Under the pieces are notes generated by a model. The model saw only the letters and a list, made by a program, of their open reading frames with translations. It did not search any database and had not been told where the DNA came from. Shown here piece by piece: positions 51,697-64,000 of a stretch of DNA of 64,000 nucleotides (positions are counted from its first letter, which is position 1; the number at the start of each line of letters is the position of its first letter). Both the position numbers and the translations under genes were made by a program. Location of the stretch: positions 620,001 to 684,000 of the forward strand of contig JALDZX010000003.1 in assembly GCA_022813865.1 (NCBI GenBank), given 5' to 3'. Origin of the DNA: Xylographa opegraphella (taxonomy: Eukaryota).

Positions 51697-52567
51697 CACT
51701 ATAAGCAAAGCGTGCAAACTAAAGTGATAATGTCTATAGCTATGATACAACCATAAGAGAAAACGCAACATCAAAAGCCATACATCATATATATTATTTC
51801 TTGGCGATGGCCGTCTATTGATGCACAAAACCCTACTGCAATCTACCTTAGGTAGACTCGTAGACTAGACTAGATATACCTTAAATAAACCTTGCTCTCG
51901 GCTCTTAGTCGCACTCGGCACACCGAATATTGTGATTTTCGAGAATTCAAGAACATTCATATCTTTGCCTTAGAGTCAAACGAGCTTCGCCGAAGGACAC
52001 GATGTGCGAAAATGGTTTACTGTCCAACGTCTCAAGCAATGGCTACGGGCGCATAATGGCTGAATTGCTTTCGTTTCACTCATCCTCTTTTTTTCCGCGT
52101 ATCGAGGTTGTCAATTTAGTTCTGTCCACGTTTTGTACGGACCACCACTCAGATATGTCCATTGCTTTCATGAAGCTATAATTTTGTCTCCTTCCAATTT
52201 CCACAAAGGCTACCTACCTGAACCTTGAGTTCTTCTGTATGATCTTTCCACCAAGTGAACGAGCAGTCTTTAGCACGCTCAAGGGTTTTCAGCCTGTATT
52301 TATAAGCATGCCGTGGACATTATCAGTATTATTTTCAGTGCCGACAATCCAATTCCTATCCTCCAGATCACTCTTCCAACCGTATCTCGTCCAAGACCTC
52401 CATCATCATTGTTCCAGAATCGAAGAACAGACATCTGACAGAAGCTATCTGAGGTCTCCATATCAGCGCCTTGCGGTTGGATCTAGTGTTCATTGCTCTC
52501 AAAATGGTCATCGCCTCCCCTTCAGCATAATTAATTTCCGTTCCTCCGTCGTATGGTCAGCGCTATC

Positions 52568-53088
52568 ATGGTTGAGGATATCTTTACAGGAGCCAATCCA
52601 GGTACGTATCTCGTCAGTTAGCTCTCCTACTTCAAGATAGTGGTGTTGGCGTGAGCACCGAGGCGCAGAAATGTTCGCCGAAAGATCTTATCTTCGTCTT
52701 CGACAAGGCGATCAGTACTGAACTCGAAACCCAGAATTTACAAGGGTGTCGAAGCTGGAGTACTTTCCGCTCATCTGTTGAAGAGTCAGAGAGATATGAA
52801 TGGAATCCTTGTAGTACCATATATTGGCTTACCAAGGTCAAGGATAATCAGATTGCTCCGGCTGAGCCAAAACTATATCCTTTGATCATCTTGCGCCGTC
52901 ACATGCGGCACGATTGGCATTGCAAGGCCGATTCTTACCAACGACTGGTTAAGCAATCCCTGACGTTACAAGGAAATGAAGAGGAGTGTCATGGTATGTA
53001 CATAAATGTCGCAGAAGGATATCACGCATCAGAGGACGGTATCGTAGTTTTCATCGAAAAGAAGAGTGAACAAAAGCAGACGGATTAA
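52568..53088 (+). CDS. Hypothetical protein (~160 aa, one short intron ~52602-52637)
   Basis: ATCATGG start, GTACGT..AAG intron joining to the 145-codon ORF; no recognisable motif. Confidence 0.35.
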
Positions 53089-53324
53089 GGGCGGCGTGCA
53101 ACATCCCAACGCCATTCCAAGAAATTCATTGGTGAGCTTTCTGATACAATTTTGAGGGGGTTGCGACCAAATACAGCGAATGCCGAATTTGTAGTGTCCC
53201 GTCGATACTTCTCACTCTATCCTCCTTCAGATGTCTATTCATTTTGCATTACACAATATTTGCAATTCAATCCTACAGGATTCTTGCTTTAGTTGCAATC
53301 ATCTCCTCATTTATCTCGGTCCCA

Positions 53325-53354
53325 TCAGCCTCGGTACTCTCAGCCTCGGTACTC
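53325..53354 (+). repeat. Perfect 15-bp tandem duplication (TCAGCCTCGGTACTC)x2
   Basis: Direct reading; lies at the 3' end of the GFA pseudogene. Confidence 0.8.
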
Positions 53355-53356
53355 AT

Positions 53357-53790
53357 CATGCACCGAATCAGCTGCTCACAATGATACTGTCCCTACGGTT
53401 GCCACCTCTGCATTTCATCCTGTGGTCCTTTCGTCACTATCACTGCGCCCATAAAGTTCGGACTGCCGATGAATTGCGTTGAACCTCAATCGCCACAGAT
53501 GAAGCGCTCGTTTGGGTTCTTGTGCGTCCCGATCTCCTCTTCTCCTTCGGGTATCTTTCTCTGGTATGCATAGTTTATTTATAGCGGCAAATATTATTGA
53601 AGAATGCTACCGTAGCGCACCAATTCTCAATACTACCTTAATAGTCATTCGCAACGATTGATGAACCGCAAACCCGATAATAGTTCTTGCAGTGACAGAG
53701 GCCGCTTCGCGCGGGCCGGCCTGTGATCGTGTATTGGAAGAAACCGCAGAGGCACGAGCCAGAATCAATGGGATGGGGTGCGTGTTCCCA
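53357..53790 (-). pseudogene. Decayed GFA / Mss4-like (CENP-V, DUF636) zinc-binding protein gene
   Basis: GSCLCGFFQYTITG..LCHCKNYYRVCGS then RFICGD*GSTQF..GAVIVTKG..WQP*GQYHC; stops at 53638, 53486, 53393; a zinc-ligand Cys position reads Tyr. Confidence 0.75.
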
Positions 53791-54279
53791 CCGTGAAGGG
53801 AGTGTTTGCAGCAAGAAAGCTCTTGGGGTGTTGTCATGAGAAATAGGGCGGTGCTGTTTTGGAGATACATATATATGGCTGGAGAATTTTGAACTTTGGG
53901 CCTTTTTTGAATACCTCAGCTCTTGGATTTCCAATAATGAATGCATTTATTAGGTAACTCTTGCTATGGAATTGTCCCTGGAGAACTGGTTTTTTGTATC
54001 TCTTAAGCATTGAGGAACCCTCGTGGCTCTAAATCCGTAAGGTAGATAACCACCGATACATAGAAGGTACGGCCTATCTAGACTAGCGAGGACTAGGCCA
54101 GAAAGCTAGGAGGTAATTTTTACCATCAAGCGATTAGGTTTATAGTTCCCATTACTTACTCTATAGATGGTCCGGCTGCAACATGTTGTCTTATTTCGCC
54201 ATATCATCTATGCTGCAGTGTGTAATAGACGGTAGATAATTCATCCTTCTACGTGATACACATATGCTCTATCAGTAAA

Positions 54280-55599
54280 TTAACATCTTCCAGGACATAT
54301 GCGATACTGCCTTCCACAACGATAGCAAAACTCCTCACCACAGCGACACGTCATATGGACACATCCCGAACTCTTCTCGACGAGATTGGAGCATCGTGGA
54401 CACTCTTTCCAGCCTCGCCGAACAGCTAGAGATCGTGTTCTTCGGGTGTCTATGTCGGCCGTACACTCCGTCCCTGCATGCGAAGGGCCACGACAATGTC
54501 TACAAGCGACATGAGTGCAATCACTGCAGACCATTATATCTGGCTCCGGCGCTTGCGAGGGTGGAAGAAATTGTGAGCAGACTCGATTGGAACAAAAGAC
54601 AGGATTTGATGTTGAACGCTCCTCGATCAACAAACGATAGCGACGCAGGAATTCAGCGGAAACATTGTCGGCCACAAGTTCAACAGGGATTTCTTGTTGA
54701 CAACAATGGAATGGTACTCTCGAGCTATATGCTGCCTGTAATGCACCTAAAGAATAATTAGCTGAGTACCTGCGGTCTTTGGATGCCCTACCCTGGAGAT
54801 CATCGCGGCAATACCAATGCTCACAGCGAAGCTCAACCATTACTTCCATGTCAAAAGTATCGAGACACACAGTGCATTCTCGTTGCCGCGCAACTCTCTG
54901 TCGTTCGGCTTCCTCCGCTTCTTCTTGCCGCTGCAGATCTTCTGCAATCAATACTGCCTGCTGAAGTGCAATAGCATCCTCCTCATCTTTTATTCGCTGC
55001 CTAACCTCTCTTTCTGTCTCAAGTCGCCGTCGTTCTGCTTCCCTTCTCAACTCTTCTGCCTCGAGTTGTCGTTGTAGATTAACTGAGGCAATTCTTGCTA
55101 ATTGTGCGTCTATTTGCTGCTGATAGTCTCTTTCTAAGGCCTTTCTCTCCTCGTTGGCAATCGTTTCTCGCTCTTCTTTGGCTAAGTGCAGTAGTTGTCG
55201 GTAGGCTGCGCCTCGCTGTTCAGCGTCGTGCGTAATGTTCTCATGCCACTCTGCTTGAGCTCTACGGGCGACAATTAACTTATCTTGCAGTATTGGTACA
55301 TAACTAGATCGGTGCTCTGCACCAGTTGTGCCCTTGGTGTTCCGTTGACACTGCTTTATCCAGTTACTTCCTGATACAGCATCAAAACCGATGTCTCTTC
55401 TTTCTTGCAGAATACCATCACGATAAGTTGATGTGTCATTGTCTGACCTTGTGCTCCCCTCAGCGCCGGGGTTGATTCTGACCGGTTTCAGCCCTAGATT
55501 CAGAGTATTTCGCTGCCTGACGCTGTATTTCCGTCTGACGTAAAACTCAGCAGGCTGTGCATTGCGAATTGATAATGGGTTAAGAGCTAAAGCACTCAT
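54280..55599 (-). CDS. RBR (RING-IBR-RING) E3 ubiquitin ligase with N-terminal coiled coil
   Basis: CTVCLD..CEHWYC, PFHCC, FCSNRVC..CSDC..CRHC..H..C, CPRC..VEKSSGCVHMTCRCGEEFCYRCG; 45-nt intron 54747-54791. Confidence 0.9.
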   Translation of the reverse strand: MSALALNPLSIRNAQPAEFYVRRKYSVRQRNTLNLGLKPVRINPGAEGSTRSDNDTSTYRDGILQERRDIGFDAVSGSNWIKQCQRNTKGTTGAEHRSSYVPILQDKLIVARRAQAEWHENITHDAEQRGAAYRQLLHLAKEERETIANEERKALERDYQQQIDAQLARIASVNLQRQLEAEELRREAERRRLETEREVRQRIKDEEDAIALQQAVLIAEDLQRQEEAEEAERQRVARQRECTVCLDTFDMEVMVELRCEHWYCRDDLQGRASKDRRYSANYSLGALQAAYSSRVPFHCCQQEIPVELVADNVSAEFLRRYRLLIEERSTSNPVFCSNRVCSQFLPPSQAPEPDIMVCSDCTHVACRHCRGPSHAGTECTADIDTRRTRSLAVRRGWKECPRCSNLVEKSSGCVHMTCRCGEEFCYRCGRQYRICPGRC

Positions 55600-55986
55600 G
55601 ATGTATCGTCATGATCAGAACGAGTCGACAAATTACGAGCATCTAGTTTTGACTTGTCAATGCCATTGAGTTGAATATCAGAGGTATTTGTGCAAAGGGT
55701 GGTATGGTGTGGTTCATTGTGCAGGCCCGGCTTGGTTTTCAACAATCCGGGTCTCACGTAGTACAGTCACAGGACTTGGATTGTCAACTAACAAAGTGTC
55801 TCGATGCTATTCGCTGATGCTCAAGGCTATGCCGGGTAGGCTCTCCGAGGATGATGTACTTGAGTCGCCTTAATCTTTCCAGACAAGGCTGGAGGCATTT
55901 TCGGTGACAAGGCTACGGCAAAGAAAATCTCTTATCTTGCATCACATGCCCCTCTATGCTTCGACCACAGATAGCGACACAAAGAA

Positions 55987-58900
55987 ATGTCTGACGAAGT
56001 TCGAATAATAGTCGATGGCCAAAATGGTAGTGATGTTGCTCGGAATGGCTTGAGTATCCGTCATGTTGACTATGGAGATACCATCCCCAGTACAGCTTTA
56101 GTTAGGGTAACACGATCCCCCTTTCATTCATCCGTTGAAGATGGGTTGTTTACGCAGCTGTCGTTGTGTCTGGTCCTTTTTGAGAGAATCTGGATGTTTA
56201 CAGGGGATGATGCTCTGAAATAAGGTAGTAGCAGACTATTAAAGTTACCTCGTAAACCCAGGAGAACTACAACTGACGAGATCCAACGTACAGAGAGGGG
56301 AGATCAGGGACGGACAACATGGCAGAAGAGCCTCTCCAGCAATTCGGGGATCACCCGCCGGCTTTGTAGCAGTTGAGCTGTCGGAGTCCGACGAGCATCT
56401 CGGCGGAATTCATGTCGTTGTACTTGATTATGCTTCGAACCAGCAACCCCCGCTCTCTGCCGAGGTTCCAGCGCGGCGTGATCTTGTATTGAGAGCTGTG
56501 GGCGGAAATGGAGAAAGTGGACATGTTGGAGGAAATGGTGAGCCTGGAATGAATGGCAATCCCGGCGCGGCGGCCACAAGGGAGTCCGATGCAACGGTAA
56601 GCTTTCCTGGACTCGACTGAGTCGTGTACTTAACCGAATTCTGGAACGGACTTGTTGTGCATGATACTGACCTGATTCAAGCCTGGTACAAATGGTGGGC
56701 GTGGAGAAGAGTACGGATCCTATCTAATTTAGCTTCAATTCCCGAAGCCTGTCCTAGTCTCGTATTTGCTCAAATGTGCTAACAACTGCTTCTTGTGCTG
56801 GAGAAGGTACTAATTGGGCTGACGGCGGTGACGGAGGAACAATTCAGATATTTGTAGACGAGCACAATATGCACCTCCTTCTCGCAACTACGTGGAACGT
56901 TTATGGTGGTCGAGGCGGAGAGCCTGGCCGACATGGCGAGCCAGGAAGGGGGGGTATTGGAGGGGAGGGTGGTTCTGGTCATATCTGGTAAGTGAGGATG
57001 GAAACTGCGGTTATATGTGATAGATGCTTACAGTATGTTCAAGGTCTGAATTGGTTGACTTTCACTACCGTTGCACACAGAACTGTATTGGTAATTCTAC
57101 ATCCACGAGCTCGACTGCCCTGGTCAGCGCAGGTACTAGACTCGAGAGCAGAATATAAGTGTGCGTTCCGTTGTCAGGTCCAACGCATCCTCTAATTTTA
57201 TGTTCAGGCAAGCGTTAATAGCATCTACTCATGTAGAAGTAGTTCAAGGCGGTAATCTTCAGGCCATGATCGCTCGAGTAGCTGCTCAATATGAGTCAAC
57301 GAGACACCCATTCATCAACCCGGGCGCCTGTCACTGTGCTGGCGGGAATGGCAACTGTGCAGGTTGTGGGTCAACCCCTATCTACAAGGAATTCTCAAGA
57401 ACTGGAGCACTTGATGGTAGAAATGGTGAGCCTGGTACCAGGGTCATGACAGCATTATTCCCTGGTGCGGATGGCTAAGACGGCAGTGCCAATATTTTTG
57501 TCCGGTCCGAAGATGGAAGTGTTCAGAATTATACTTCACTATACAAGCTGGAGCTGCTCGATTTTGAAGTGGAAGATGAGAATGGAGACGGTATTTTTGA
57601 GCCCGGGGAACACGCCCTCATTCGCAGAATAAGAATAAAGAATTTGGGTGGAATGCCTTTTCCGAAATGCCAGATACCTATCACAGTGAGTATTTTACTG
57701 CTCTCGAGATGTAGCTACTTATTTCACTAGGCAATCTCATCTGTCTGGTTTAGCCGCGTTTCTGGGGAGCAAGGGCGTGTATTCATACCAAATTCTATTC
57801 CTTCTGGTGTGACAGTACCTTGGAAGGAACAATCAGGAGGTTCATCAAACAATGCGACGACCCTCCACCCATAGGAAACTTGTTTCTCCAGCATGACAAC
57901 CTAGAAGTCATGGCTGTCATGCCGTGGCTTAACCGCGTTCTGCCCGACTTTGGTTTCAGTAAGCCAATTGCTATACAATTCCCCATCGAACTGCGGAATA
58001 TCGATTACCTGCCGAGTCTAGCTCGAGGAATTCGTAGTAATCTTGGTTGGGAGGTAAGTCATCAGAATCAATATGGAACTTTTTTAACTGATACGAGCTA
58101 TCACAGATCTACAACAAGAGCATTAAAACACTTGGAGGAAGTACTGAATCAGACTGCTCTATAGAAGTGGATTATTCCGTCAATTCGCACAGCGCCTCTT
58201 TACTCTCGCACGCGCAAGAGTGGACGAGTAACGTAACCAATGAGGTCGATGTTCTCCCTAATGGCAGTGCGATCCGCATGAGACAGATGCTCCGAATATC
58301 CAAAGATGCGCAGAATTACCAGGAACTGGTGCTTCGGGTGTTGCTTTATCTAGCAATCCCATCTCGTCACTCTTCAGCTGAAGCCGCGGATCTAGTGCCA
58401 GTTCAGGTGATTCAGCAAGAAGAACTCCGAATTCAGGTATCGTCAGCTTATTCCTATAACCCTAAAGCAGATATACTGCTTGTGACCCATCCAGCAACAA
58501 CTATCCACCGGTATCAGGCTATGCAGACTTTTCTGCATAACAATCTGGGTATGGAGATGGACGAATGGAACGTCGGCCTATATGGCGGACTTCAATATGC
58601 GGCAGAGGAAGGAGAGATTATCGGTAAAAGTGTCCTGAGCACATACAGTGGAAAAATTATCATCTTCTTGTGCAATCGATTTGACTTTTTCAAGACGAAA
58701 GACCGAAGCATTCTGCAGTTCTGTGATCCTAACGCACTTGCCGAAACTTGTGCTCAAGGAACCTCATGTCTATTTTGGGGCGCTGCAGGTGATCCTTTAT
58801 TTGTCAAGCTGTTACGCCATGTTTTGATTCCTATACCTCATGAAATGAACGTCGCAGCCAACATACCTGTCGGATCCACCACGTTCAGTAAACAGAGCGA

Positions 58901-60177
58901 CCTTGCCAAATCAATCAGTCAGCAGATACTGGTCGAATCAGCCAAATTCAAACTTTACAAAATCCCCGTCGAAACGCGGTGGTATCGGTTTGGGACAGTA
59001 AGTCAGAAAGCGGAGGCCAGAATTCTCATCAAAAATTTGCATAGCAATCTACCAAATGAGAGGTTCTTGGGCACCGCTGAGAAGCGACAAGCTTCGGTAT
59101 CAACACACCGTTCTTTGCAGCAAGAAAACATCGAAGGCATATTTAGGGAAGAGAACAACATGGCATTCAAGGAACAGAAGAAGCCTAGAAAGCCATCAGG
59201 GAGCCTAATAATACTGCACGGGAGTGCAAAACACGTATCGCTTCGAGCCACCGAGAGCCAGGCACTGGTTGCAATTCGTGACGGAATTAATAATGAGACT
59301 GGAGATGGCGTTGCATCCATTTCGTATCGCCTTAATGAATACGAAGCCTTCATGTGTGTGGCTTCCTACCCAACACAGAAGCTGATTGAGCTTGCCTGGT
59401 CCGGTCGTGTACACGATAGCGATGATAACATTGGATATCCCTTCACCAGACTTCAAGTTGTGGTGTTATCTTTACAGACGGGAAATATACAAAGAAATCC
59501 AAGCAGTTTTATTAAAGACAGGGACGACAAATAAGCTGCCACGTGCGGGGAGGATCAGTAATCCAGAACCTTTCCTTCGACTGCATCTTCCTATTCTTGC
59601 CGCGCTACTGCAGCATAACGAAGCGAGTTCCGCTGCCGCCCTTCCCGAGCACATGCTTGGACTCCTACAACATATTGAAGCTTCCTGCTTCCCACAAAAC
59701 AAACGCCAGATAGCAAAAGTAGCCTTATTGACACTCTACCGCCGCCAAACCAAGCTTCGAAAACTGGTGGTGACAGCTATCACCGCAATATTGAAACGGA
59801 AGTTACACATAGCAACGGACATTGACCGGTTCCATCAGGAAGCAAGGTCTCTGCACTCGTACATCCACAGAGAAAGGCGCAACACCCAAAATGCCATTGT
59901 CAAGCGTGCCAGTGAGTTGACGAAATTCTCCGAACATGCGCGTACAAAAAGTCACAAAACATCGAGAGAGCTCGTTCCTATGGCGCTATATTGCAGTGCT
60001 GAAGAATGGGATAAGCGATGGAAGGCTATGGAGAGAACACGAGCGTAGATCTGGACAGAAACCACGGAGGCTCAAGAGGCGCTGAAGAGAATGATTCTAG
60101 GCAGCAGCTCCCGTGCCGAATCGGACAGAGTCGAGAATACGGTGGCAGGAATGCGCTTTGAAGAGTTAGCAGCTTGA
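55987..60177 (+). pseudogene. Large multi-exon gene with Gly-X-Y (collagen-like) N-terminal repeats, inactivated by two stops and two frameshifts
   Basis: GGNGESGHVGGNGEPGMNGNPG, GGRGGEPGRHGEPGRGGIGGEGG, DENGDGIFEPGE; TAA 57476-57478, TAG 60046-60048, frameshifts near 57817 and 59478; 5' exon structure uncertain. Confidence 0.72.
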
Positions 60178-60778
60178 AAGGTATTATTCGAAATCTTCAC
60201 GACGCTTCGCTCGTAGGCTCAGAAACAATGGTTGAAGACAGTAACCTTTCGTCCATACAAGTTGTCGTGTAAGAAACCACCTTACCTCATGTTTCCCTAG
60301 GCGCTATCCCATTGCAGTCGCAGGATCCATAGACAATTCACGCGATACACATGCTAATGATATATGTACAGTAAAGGAGGAAAGAAAGAGAGATACTTCG
60401 TCGATCGTATCTGTTTTAGATTTGAGACCCAGAGTCATAGACGTCACGATGGCTAGAAAATTGGCTTCCAACCTCAATACTCCTCAGTGCGACGTTTCGT
60501 ATTCTTATGCTGTGCTACACGGGTCTTTGATGTTGAAGGTATGCTTGCGACAAGGAAGTCTGTTCGCAGGCGAACTTCGAAATCCTCGAGCAGTGAATCG
60601 TTTTCGGCTGCTTTCCGACGCAGATCACAAGATCCTTAGCGCCGATTGTACTCTCAGCCCTAACGTGTTTCCTGCAACCCGATTGCAGGCCAGCCCTGTG
60701 AAATCCCCTCACCGAACGGTCCTTCCTTCTTATTCCGGTGCGAAGGCTAGGTCTTTGCCATTTGGACTTTTAATAAAT

Positions 60779-61760
60779 ATGTCTTATCCTATGACGCAGA
60801 TCGGATCAAAAGGTTACGAGCAACTCTTCAATCAGAGTAGCGCAATGGCTGATATCTAACATCTTAGCCTTCAATCATAGCCAGAGTTCAGCATCTGAAG
60901 CGGAATATGATCGACTTCGTGGCCTCGCTCGCCAAGAACACGACAAACGGTCATCATGCTTTGATAAGGTATGATGTAAATACGTACAGCGCAGATACCT
61001 CCGCTGACCTTTGGTGGTAGGCGCACAATGCTTATGAGCGTGGGGATCGGCAGTCAGCGCATGCGCTTTCCGAGGAGGGCAAACGACATGCCCAGCTGAT
61101 GGATCAGTACAACAAGCAAGCGTCGGACTATATTTTCCGTGAGAACAATGCCGTAGGAAGGGTGGATGGGGATACAATCGATCTGCACGGCCAATTCGTC
61201 GAGGAAGCTGAGAACATACTCGAACAACGAATTAGATACGCGCAACAAAACGGGCAATCACATCTTCACGTGTAAGGCTTCCTTTAAAAGCGTCAGCTGG
61301 AGCGATTCACAACTGACATGATCCTGGATGATGAAGCATCGTGGGTAAGGGTAATCACTCGGTCGATCACGTACAAAAGATCAAGCCCCGTGTGGAGCAA
61401 GTATGCCAAGAATTGGGTCTCCAATATGTAACTGAACCAAACGCGGGTCGCATGTATATCAACCTTACCGGCGGTCCTGCCGTGATGCCAGCTCATGTTA
61501 GTGGCGGCGGTCACCATCAATCGCAAGGCCAGCATTATCCTTCAAATGGCCAATACGGTCAAGAAGGCTACCCAAATCAGCAGCAGCAGCAACATCCTTC
61601 CAGCAGCCAACATGCGTACGGAGGATATCCCGCACAGCAGCAACAGCAGCAATATGGCGGCCAGGGCCAGAATAACCAGAATCAGGAGATCGAGGCAGCT
61701 GTTAAGAAATATTTGCCAAGGATTTTACGAAAGCTTGGAGATTGCTGTATTGTTATGTGA
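60779..61760 (+). CDS. Smr-domain protein (DUF1771 + Smr) with Gln-rich linker and C-terminal CaaX, 4 exons
   Basis: AEYDRLRGLARQE, AHNAYERGD..AHALSEEGK, IDLHGQFVEEA, IVGKGNHS, ends GDCCIVM*. Confidence 0.9.
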
Positions 61761-62209
61761 TGCTCTGCTGATCATTTTACGTATCGAGGAGCCGTGAAGG
61801 TGGAAGAGGCCAAAACCAATTCAGCGCTTAAGGCGCAGTCGAAACACCCCAGTTGTTGCCACCACGCAGAGTCCGATCGTTTCCCGGAACTAAAATCCAG
61901 TGGACGTTCTTCTTACATTATCTAGCAGCGCGCTATTCCTCAATCACTCAGCGGGGAAGAGAGATTTGGAACGCTTGATACCCAAACTTGGCACTATTTA
62001 ACTTCGGATTTGGCAAGCTCTATCTTCTGTATTCACTTTTGTCTATTAACTATATCGGATCTTAAAAGATGCCAGGGAACCTGAAGCCGCCGCAAGTTTG
62101 CTATCATAGGAGGGATCTTCAAGTGGAAGAATTTCGGCACATCCAGTATTGGTCACAGCCTTAATGGACGAAGAACGGTTTTTGTGCTTCAGTAGTCATG
62201 GCCTTAAAG

Positions 62210-63251
62210 TTACCAAGTCATGACCTGCCCTTTGCCTTTGCCTGAAATAGACTTATTACCCCAATATCGACCAGAGACACCTCCAATATCCTTGAAACCA
62301 AGTCGGTATGGAATTCTTGCGCCTTCCTCTGCCACGATATCAGAGTACCATCACCGAATCGTAAGACTGAAGTGATATCACTTACCAGGGGATTTGGGAG
62401 GTCGCCCACCAATCATCTTTCCCATGTCAGTGGATACCCAACCGGGACAGCAAGCATTAATGGCGACATCTGGATTCTCGCGAGCTAGTACAGCGGTGAA
62501 AGCATTCTGTGCCGACTTGCTGACTTTGTACGCCATACGAGGCCATCCATGTTGACTTTCTGTGCCCTCAGTGGCACATTTCTGTGGTCAGGAATCAACT
62601 TAAGCGGCCAAAAATAGTCAGAATCATTGTTAGCTGACCTGATACTCCTGCATCATTCCTTCGAGGTCCTTCAATGTCATGTTGGGGCTGCGGAAACGCT
62701 GTTGAAGGACATCTCCATACTCTCCAAGGCTACTAGCGGTTGATGACACATTGACGATTCTCCCGCCTTTTCTTAGAAGGGGAATAAATGTTTGACACAT
62801 CTGACAGATCTTATAAGCAGTTGGGTGATCGGAAGTAGTTCAGTTGACTCACACGCAATGTGCCGCGGTAATTCGTATCCAGTGTGAGCTTCACGTTCTG
62901 TGGCGAATACTGGTCATCAACATTGATACCGGCGTTGTTGATGATCACATCACAGCCGCCATGCGCTTTCTTTATTAGATTGGCTAGGTTATCGATGCTC
63001 ACAGGATCTGTAATGTCAAGTTTATGGTACTCAATTTGCGTATCGCTGGACGCTACTTTGATGCCAAGGTTCATCCCTTTGCGTGATGTTGCGTAAAGGA
63101 TCATCGGTTGCTGAGCATTACTGGCAATGGTTTGACATATTGCCTCGCCGATGCCACGATTCTGTTGTTTTAGATTAGGGCTACTCAAACGAACAATAAA
63201 TTGCTGGGTCCTCACAGCACCAGTAACAATTGTGACAAATGCACTTCCCAT
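62210..63251 (-). CDS. Short-chain dehydrogenase / carbonyl reductase (CBR-like), multi-exon
   Basis: VTGA|NRGIG, LDIT, INNAG, YKVSK (YxxxK), NACCPGWVSTDMG, SGRYWGN. Confidence 0.9.
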
Positions 63252-63723
63252 GGTGGCTGGTAACAAGTCGACAACTATATAATCGGATATATATACAAGA
63301 TAACGAGATGGGAACCAACAACCGCAAATGATATGCTTCCCGATAGATAGTGCGAAAGAACACAGTGATAGAGAACAAGCTGGAATTCGATTTTGGGGAA
63401 TATATATTACAACATCATTCAATTCTATGACGCCCTTCCGTTATAGATAATCCAGGGATCAGGAAAACGTATTGCGATCAGTATATGTTTCATCGACTGA
63501 AACTTTTTACGATATAATTCAAATAGTTGTTAAAGAGGCTGCTGATTAGGTAGTCGAGCAGTGAAATTGCGTAAGTACCGTGAGGAGCAGAATTACTTAC
63601 TTGCCCACGTCGTCCACACGAACTCACGTGATAATGAGAGTTACCAGGGTAACCTTCACCGGGTAGGCAATGCAGGAAATTTGTTTTGCCGCAAGCTCCA
63701 ACATGAATTATTGAAGCTGAGCA

Positions 63724-64000
63724 ATGCCATCAAGCAATGATGGCTCGAAAGCGCCGTCGAGTGAATACGGAGATTCAACATCTTGGACTCCCTCTTCCGC
63801 TCGACCTTCTCTTCCACGTCGTCCCTGGCCTGCTCTACCGGCACCATTGAAGCACCTCTTCTCCAAGTTCCCGCTCCGCACCTTGCCTCCCTCACAACTG
63901 CCCGCTCGTACAGCGAATCACAGAGACCAACATGTCCTTTACATTTTTACCGATCCTTCTGGACCAGAATACAACACCCCGTCCTTTAATCCGACCTGTC
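63724..64000 (+). CDS. SAM35: Mitochondrial SAM complex subunit Sam35 (metaxin-2-like), 5' part only, runs off window
   Basis: Not in the ORF track. Translation from ATG 63724: ..LPAPLKHLFSKFPLRT..HVLYIFTD..PSFNPTC, matching the fungal Sam35 N-terminal signature. Confidence 0.75.
   Translation, partial: MPSSNDGSKAPSSEYGDSTSWTPSSARPSLPRRPWPALPAPLKHLFSKFPLRTLPPSQLPARTANHRDQHVLYIFTDPSGPEYNTPSFNPTC

Noticed and set aside
58140..58170. Apparent stop at 58162-58164 in the Gly-X-Y gene
   Set aside because: After the intron ending ~58107 the true frame reads IYNKSIKTLGG..IEVDYSV without a stop

Overview
Gene-dense region of a filamentous ascomycete (Pezizomycotina-type) nuclear chromosome. Evidence for this is short spliceosomal introns with CTRAC branch points, a fused trifunctional trpC/TRP1 and typical fungal orthologues. 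About 23 intact or probably intact protein genes were reconstructed by hand: GH43 arabinanase, GTP cyclohydrolase II, a bZIP-DUF3425 factor, an MHYT-domain hybrid histidine kinase, two small divergent orphan hydrophilic genes, glutamate-cysteine ligase, a Pro/Gln-rich protein, ARF6, an FGGY pentulose kinase, dynactin p25, a BRCT-WGR protein, trpC, RNase T2, Nup188, a DEDDh exonuclease, a GNAT, an RBR ligase, an Smr protein, an SDR and the 5' end of Sam35. At least four decayed genes are also present: a PRM10/ThrE-like exporter, a Gly-X-Y-rich protein, a GFA/Mss4-like gene and a 3 kb relic. No rRNA, tRNA, CRISPR or recognisable intact transposon was seen. The most intriguing block is 10.4-19.1 kb. 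It holds a membrane MHYT-sensor kinase, two head-to-head small proteins that share a C-terminal basic-W-x-x-L...EVVR motif around a perfect CRE palindrome, and the glutathione-synthesis gene. All family names come from motif recognition, not database searches; exon boundaries were read by eye.
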